Of a DNA stretch of 12,405 bases, positions 8,105 through 12,405 are shown one piece after another. The notes beneath the pieces were generated by a model that was given only the letters and a program-made list of their open reading frames with translations, did not search any database and was not told where the DNA came from. Origin of the DNA: Armatimonadota bacterium (lineage in GTDB: Bacteria; Armatimonadota; UBA5829; DSUL01); assembly GCA_039811685.1 (NCBI GenBank), contig JBDHZC010000014.1, forward strand, positions 1 to 12,405, in the 5' to 3' direction. The position numbers were made by a program, and so were the translations under genes. How positions within the stretch are numbered: the first letter of the stretch is position 1; every line of letters begins with the position of its first letter.

Positions 8105-8237
8105 CGCTCCAACCTCACCTTCTCTACTAACACAACTCTTGATCGTTCGCAGGCGCTGTTGCTGGCGGTGATGCTTGCCAGGATAGATTCGGCCTGCGAC
8201 GCACGCTCCCGTCTTCTTCTGGACGCCGACAGGCGTC
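8105..8237 (-). ncRNA. Structured 5' leader of pncB (candidate cis-regulatory RNA)
   Basis: Hairpin GACGCC/GGCGTC (8222-8237), then a nested stem-loop: 8-bp outer stem (8192-8199/8147-8154), internal loop, 5-bp inner stem, and a 10-nt loop containing UCACC complementary to GGUGA of the RBS. Confidence 0.3.
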
Positions 8238-8238
8238 T

Positions 8239-8259
8239 TACGTGTCATTACAACATCAA
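8239..8259. promoter_or_regulatory. Candidate NrtR-type operator
   Basis: TACGT-GT-CATTACA-AC-ATCAA: 21 bp with a GT-N7-AC core, upstream of pncB. Confidence 0.35.
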
Positions 8260-8303
8260 CACCGGAGAATATTCGAAAAAATCTTTACTTCTTGTGTGTT
8301 GGA

Positions 8304-8314
8304 TGTGTTACACT
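8304..8314 (+). promoter_or_regulatory. Candidate extended -10 promoter of PEP-CTERM gene 3
   Basis: TGTGTTACACT (TGTGn-TACACT), with TTTACT/TTACTT 18-19 nt upstream and an A-tract further upstream. Confidence 0.45.
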
Positions 8315-8468
8315 AGAGTTACTGGGAATCACATTGGCTCGCATTATGGCACGCGTGATCGGCCTGGGGCTAAAGGATTTCTCAGCTGTCGCACCAGCGA
8401 GAAGCGTACTCTGGTGTCTCTCCTGTGCGACACGATTAACGATACTCCTGGAAAGGGGAAGGAAAAAG

Positions 8469-9101
8469 ATGAAGAAGGTTCTTGTTCTTGCTGCTGCGCT
8501 GGCGTGTGTCAGTACGTCTGCGTTCGCAAACATGGTTACCAATGGTGACTTCTCAGCCGGCATGGCTGGGTGGACGCCGTGGCAGGCCAGCTGGAGCGGA
8601 GCAGTCACGATTGACGCTTCGTCCGGTTATCTGCATCTGCAGTCTGGCAACGGCAGCTTTGGCGTCTATCAGGCGATAACAACGGTCCCTGGAACGCCCT
8701 ACACAATCACGGCTATCTGGAAGGGTGGTCCGAATCAGTCTTCGTTCTGGGATGAGTTCCTGTTCTTCAACGATGACGGCCGAACGATTCTGGATCAGTT
8801 GGACGGACCGCTGAACAGCTCTGTTCTCAGCAAAGTTGACGGATGGGGAATGAATAATCCTCCGGCATCGTGGGACTGGAAAGATCCGTTTGACGGAACG
8901 CAATGGTATCCGTCTGGCCTGATGTCAAATACTATCGTTGCCACCGGAACCACGATGTACATCGGTCTCAAGGGTGGCGCTGGCGGCGGAAATGTTGATA
9001 TCTCCTTCGACAACATCAACGTCGTTCCTGAGCCCGCTTCCATGTTGGCTCTGGCCAGTGGACTGATCGGCCTTGCCGGGATAGCCCGCCGAAAGCGCTA
9101 A
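8469..9101 (+). CDS. PEP-CTERM surface protein 3 with a CBM-like (galactose-binding-like jelly-roll) domain, 210 aa
   Basis: Start at ATG 8469 after a purine-rich SD; signal peptide MKKVLVLAAALACVSTSAFA; NMVTNGDFSAG..GW start and FDNINV end typical of CBM4/9-like domains; tail VPEPASMLALASGLIGLAGIARRKR. Confidence 0.93.
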   Translation: MKKVLVLAAALACVSTSAFANMVTNGDFSAGMAGWTPWQASWSGAVTIDASSGYLHLQSGNGSFGVYQAITTVPGTPYTITAIWKGGPNQSSFWDEFLFFNDDGRTILDQLDGPLNSSVLSKVDGWGMNNPPASWDWKDPFDGTQWYPSGLMSNTIVATGTTMYIGLKGGAGGGNVDISFDNINVVPEPASMLALASGLIGLAGIARRKR

Positions 9102-9128
9102 CAGCAAATCTAGCGCATTCACTGTCAA

Positions 9129-9157
9129 CAGGCGCTCTGCCCCCGGCAGGGCGCCTG
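9129..9157 (+). terminator. GC-rich hairpin after PEP-CTERM gene 3 (terminator or mRNA-stabilising stem)
   Basis: CAGGCGCTCTGCC/GGCAGGGCGCCTG, 12-13 bp with one G-U; only a weak T tail (CACATTT). Confidence 0.5.
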
Positions 9158-9270
9158 CACATTTGAACCCCAAGAGGCTCCCGTCTCTTCGCGCTCACCA
9201 CGGCTTTCCATTGTACTGCCCACGCTTTAAGCCTGTTTCTATGTGTCACCTCTGAGAACTGCTGATTGTT

Positions 9271-11439
9271 ATGAGTCTCGCTGCGTTCTTCATCTCAGTG
9301 ATCTGTTGTGTAGTTCTTGCCTCCAGCGCCTGTGCGGCGGCCCGTCCGGGCGTCCTTCTCAGTCCCGGGGAGATAGACCAGCTTCGCGAGGATCTGGCGC
9401 AGTTTCCCTGGAAGAAAGCCGCCTATGACCACAGCGATACACCGCGAATTTTCGTTGGCGGAGGAGGGATCGGCGAGAACGCACGGCGCTGGGCTGAGAA
9501 AACCATTACCATCCCGGCCAAAGCCGGACACTACCACCACTTCTTCTGCTCCTGCGGGACCCAACTGGCATTCCCGGCGGACTGGCAGCCCCATCCGGAC
9601 CAAGGTTACGATTGCCCGGCCTGCGGCAAGCACTATCAGGGGGAGAAGTATGACGCCGCCATGCGCTATGTCCAGCACAATCAGCTTGGAGTGGCCGCGT
9701 TCGACCTGGCTCTGGCGGGCGAACTGGAGAACAACCCTCGCTATCGCCGCAAAGCCGCCGAGATTCTTCTGAAGTATGCCCGCGTCTATCCCGGCCCCCA
9801 TACCGCGCTGACAGAGGGCGGCATCTTCTATCAATCGCTGTGTGAGTCTGTCTGGGTCATCTCCCTGGCCGCAGCCTACGATCTCATCTACGCCTCGCTC
9901 TCACCCTCCGATCGAAGCGCCATCGAAGACCAGCTTTTCCGTCCGGTGGCCAGGGGTCTGATCGCATGCGGAATCCCCGGCAACTGGGGATCGTGGCATC
10001 TCTCAGCGGTTGGCGTTATCGGCTACGCTCTGCAGGATAAATCGCTGATTGATTACGCCCTGACCAGCTTCAAAGAGCAGATCTCTGAGACGCTCGGGGA
10101 CGATGGCCTCTGGCCGGAATCCGTTCACACCTACCATTTCTACCCGCTCGGCGCGTTTTTGTTTCTGGCTGAAGCGGCGTGGCACAGTGGCACAGATCTG
10201 TACAACTGGGAAGCAAAGCCCGGTAAAGGGCTGAAGGCTATGTTTCACGCTCCCTTGCGCTATATGTATCCTAACTTCCAGCTTCCCGCGATTAACGACG
10301 GATGGTACAAATCCAACCTTCCTCTCGGGGAGTATGAGCTTGCGTACGCGCGCTATCAGACCCCTGAGTTTGCCTGGGCGCTTGAAGAAGGGTATCGGAA
10401 ACTGCACTCGGAGCGTAGCAAACTCTGGGCTGTCCTTCAAGGCTGCCCGCTGCCGGGTGACACACAACAGCCGCGTCTTGCTAGCATAGACTATCCGGGA
10501 CTGGGCATCGCGGTCCTGCGAAGTACCAGCGGGGCAATGATGACTTTTGACTACGGGCCGTTTCTGGGTCACGGTCAGCTTGATAAGATGGGCGTAACCC
10601 TCTTTGCAAACGGCCAGGTCATGTGCGCAGACTACGGCACTCCGGGCTACGCCTCAGAGTTGATGACCTGGGCGCCGCAGACTCCCGCGCACAATACGGT
10701 GGTTGTTGACGGCCGCAGCCAGCAGAAAACCAGCGAACGCCGCCTGCTCCACTTTGCCGCGACTGAAGACTTTGACGTGGCGCAGGCGGTAACTGAAGAA
10801 GCCTATCCAGGTGTGAAGCATACCCGCACGCTCATCCGCGTGGGTAACTGCTTTCTGATGCGCGATGAGCTCATCAGCGCCGCCGAGCACACCTACGACT
10901 GGTTCCTGCGCTCTGAAGGCCGTCTGTCCGTGTCCACCACCGGTTCGCCTGTCAGTCCCTCAATCACGTATGGGTACGTCACAGGAAAGTCCGAGACGGA
11001 AATACTAGGCCCGTGGGAGGCTGAGTGGAGTTTGCCGGACTGCAGCCTGCGCGTACAGATGCTCGATGAAGCGCCCTCACTCGTCTGCCAGGCGCGCTGC
11101 CCGGCCGAGACCGCCGTGCGCCAGATAGACCTCCTGATCGCTCGCCGCCACGGACAAACCGCCACATTCACGGCCGCGCTGCTGCCTCAAAAGGCCGCCG
11201 ACGCGCCCACCTGCAGCGTCACAGGAGGCGCCTTCACAATCACCAGAGGCGACACCTGCGACCTCATCTCTTTCGGCTCCTCAGACGCTCTCATCACGGA
11301 TGCTCCGTTCGCCTGGGTTCGCCTCCAGACCGGTAAGCCCGTCGCTGCCGCCGTAGCAGGAGGCCGCCGCCTCACCTTCCAGGGTCAAGACCTCATCCAG
11401 GCCCAAGCCACCGGCCTCCACACCTGGAAATCGCGGTAG
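9271..11439 (+). CDS. Secreted heparinase II/III-family polysaccharide lyase (alginate-lyase-like alpha/alpha toroid plus Hepar_II_III domain), 722 aa
   Basis: Signal peptide; AYDLIY, GNWGSWH, DGLWPES..YHFY, PAINDG, GHGQLDK, DYGTPGY, AHNTVVVDG. The exact PL family and substrate cannot be determined by eye. Confidence 0.9.
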   Translation: MSLAAFFISVICCVVLASSACAAARPGVLLSPGEIDQLREDLAQFPWKKAAYDHSDTPRIFVGGGGIGENARRWAEKTITIPAKAGHYHHFFCSCGTQLAFPADWQPHPDQGYDCPACGKHYQGEKYDAAMRYVQHNQLGVAAFDLALAGELENNPRYRRKAAEILLKYARVYPGPHTALTEGGIFYQSLCESVWVISLAAAYDLIYASLSPSDRSAIEDQLFRPVARGLIACGIPGNWGSWHLSAVGVIGYALQDKSLIDYALTSFKEQISETLGDDGLWPESVHTYHFYPLGAFLFLAEAAWHSGTDLYNWEAKPGKGLKAMFHAPLRYMYPNFQLPAINDGWYKSNLPLGEYELAYARYQTPEFAWALEEGYRKLHSERSKLWAVLQGCPLPGDTQQPRLASIDYPGLGIAVLRSTSGAMMTFDYGPFLGHGQLDKMGVTLFANGQVMCADYGTPGYASELMTWAPQTPAHNTVVVDGRSQQKTSERRLLHFAATEDFDVAQAVTEEAYPGVKHTRTLIRVGNCFLMRDELISAAEHTYDWFLRSEGRLSVSTTGSPVSPSITYGYVTGKSETEILGPWEAEWSLPDCSLRVQMLDEAPSLVCQARCPAETAVRQIDLLIARRHGQTATFTAALLPQKAADAPTCSVTGGAFTITRGDTCDLISFGSSDALITDAPFAWVRLQTGKPVAAAVAGGRRLTFQGQDLIQAQATGLHTWKSR

Positions 11440-11478
11440 CAGCCCGCGCCCAGCCCGTGATAACGACGCAGCCATCTT

Positions 11479-11632
11479 TGTCCACGGCGAGACCATCTGC
11501 GGACACCCCCTTTTTCGTGGCGAGGGCTTAACCGTCGCTACGAGAATTCCGCCTCGGGTGGACACGCTGTCGCCGCCCGCGCAGGCGCCCGTTTAGACCG
11601 GCGACAAGGTGGTCGCGTCACCGTCGCGACGG
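11479..11632. other. Highly structured intergenic element between convergent genes
   Basis: 86-nt nested hairpin (11479-11564), second hairpin TGTCGCCG/CGGCGACA (11568-11606), and perfect palindrome CCGTCGCGACGG (11621-11632). Confidence 0.4.
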
Positions 11633-11688
11633 ATTCATTTCTTATCTGCTTCGACTACCACCGCCCTCTCCGCTCCAGACATCGCAGC

Positions 11689-12405
11689 TCAGTTCGGCCC
11701 GGAGAGCTGGATAAGAAAGGCGTGTTGCTGGCCGATGGGCATGCCGAACAGACCGCCGTCAGAGACGCCGACTGCGAGCAGTTTGCCACCCGCCGACAGC
11801 CGGACGTCGCAGATGAGGTCGTCACCCACAGAGCCGGCCTGGTAGTGCCACAGCTCCTCGCCCGCCGCATCGAAAGACACAGCATAGATGTCGTCCTGAC
11901 CCAGGTTAGGGCCGAAGAGCCCTGAAGAGACAATACCTCCAATGAAGATGCCGCCGTCCGGCCCCACAACAGCTGCGCTCGCTCCCGCGCGGGCAAGTGG
12001 AGAGGTGGTGCGCATCCACAACTGAGAGCCGTCAGAGCCAAACCGGGAAATGAAGTCGGTCTCCGTCCGCCCGTAGACCCATCCAATGTCCTTGATGCCG
12101 ACTACCGCCACGCCACCCGACGGCATGACGGCCGTGGCTACGGCCCGCCCGGCCTCCGGTCCGGCAAACTGCCAGCCCCACAGGAGGTTCAGAGACGGCG
12201 AGAACTTCGCGATGAATGCGTCCCCTTCGGGGGCCAGATTGTTGAACACCCCGGTCGCCTCGCCTGTGAGATATACGTTGCCTGCGGCGTCAATGGCCAT
12301 GTCTTCCGTACTCATGCTGCCGCCCATCTGCAACTGAACCGCCTGGAGCACATCGCCATTCGGACCCATCTCGACGACAATGGACTCCTCGTAGATCTCC
12401 GCTGG
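11689..12405 (-). CDS. SBBP-like beta-propeller repeat protein, C-terminal part (5' end outside the window)
   Basis: The frame stays open from 12369 to the window edge (PAEIYEESIVVE-M...). Repeats such as DMAIDAAGNVYLTGEATG..DAFIAKFS, AVVGPDGGIFIGG..DDIYAVSFDAAGEELW. Confidence 0.85.
   Translation of the reverse strand, partial: PAEIYEESIVVEMGPNGDVLQAVQLQMGGSMSTEDMAIDAAGNVYLTGEATGVFNNLAPEGDAFIAKFSPSLNLLWGWQFAGPEAGRAVATAVMPSGGVAVVGIKDIGWVYGRTETDFISRFGSDGSQLWMRTTSPLARAGASAAVVGPDGGIFIGGIVSSGLFGPNLGQDDIYAVSFDAAGEELWHYQAGSVGDDLICDVRLSAGGKLLAVGVSDGGLFGMPIGQQHAFLIQLSGPN

Noticed and set aside
8335..8363. TGGCACG and TGGCTCG upstream of PEP-CTERM gene 3 as sigma-54 sites
   Set aside because: No GC at the required GG-N10-GC spacing.
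8105..8468. N-terminal extensions of pncB (to 8248) and PEP-CTERM 3 (from 8292) in the ORF track; likewise starts at 2475, 5375 and 5420
   Set aside because: Downstream ATGs have SDs and/or directly begin the signal peptide or conserved domain.
11560..11640. Minus-strand fragments GACGC and CCGGUCUAAAC resembling a c-di-GMP-I riboswitch
   Set aside because: The GCAAA segments and the matching receptor half are missing, and the site lies downstream of both flanking genes with no credible ORF to regulate.

Overview
Bacterial genomic window; Armatimonadota is plausible from the style of the PEP-CTERM tails, but that is inference only. It opens with the 3' end of an rRNA operon (23S 3' ~970 nt, 5S, intrinsic terminator). 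Next come two tandem paralogous PEP-CTERM surface proteins, an SIS-domain protein, and a divergent pair: a secreted class-A-beta-lactamase-like serine hydrolase and a secreted TPR protein. These are followed by pncB, divergent from a third (CBM-like) PEP-CTERM gene, then a secreted heparinase II/III-family polysaccharide lyase, and the 3' end of an SBBP/beta-propeller gene cut by the window edge. No mobile element, CRISPR array or tRNA was seen. The most interesting signals are: (i) a structured pncB leader whose loop can pair with the RBS, plus an NrtR-like box; (ii) an identically positioned GAGGA-N14-TCCTC element in both tandem PEP-CTERM promoters, plus a near-consensus sigma-54 motif; (iii) tandem BLIP-like repeats in the TPR protein facing the beta-lactamase-like gene; (iv) a truncated 23S helix 78; (v) a Zn-ribbon insert and a His-to-Gln metal-site change in the lyase. 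All were read by eye and need computational confirmation.
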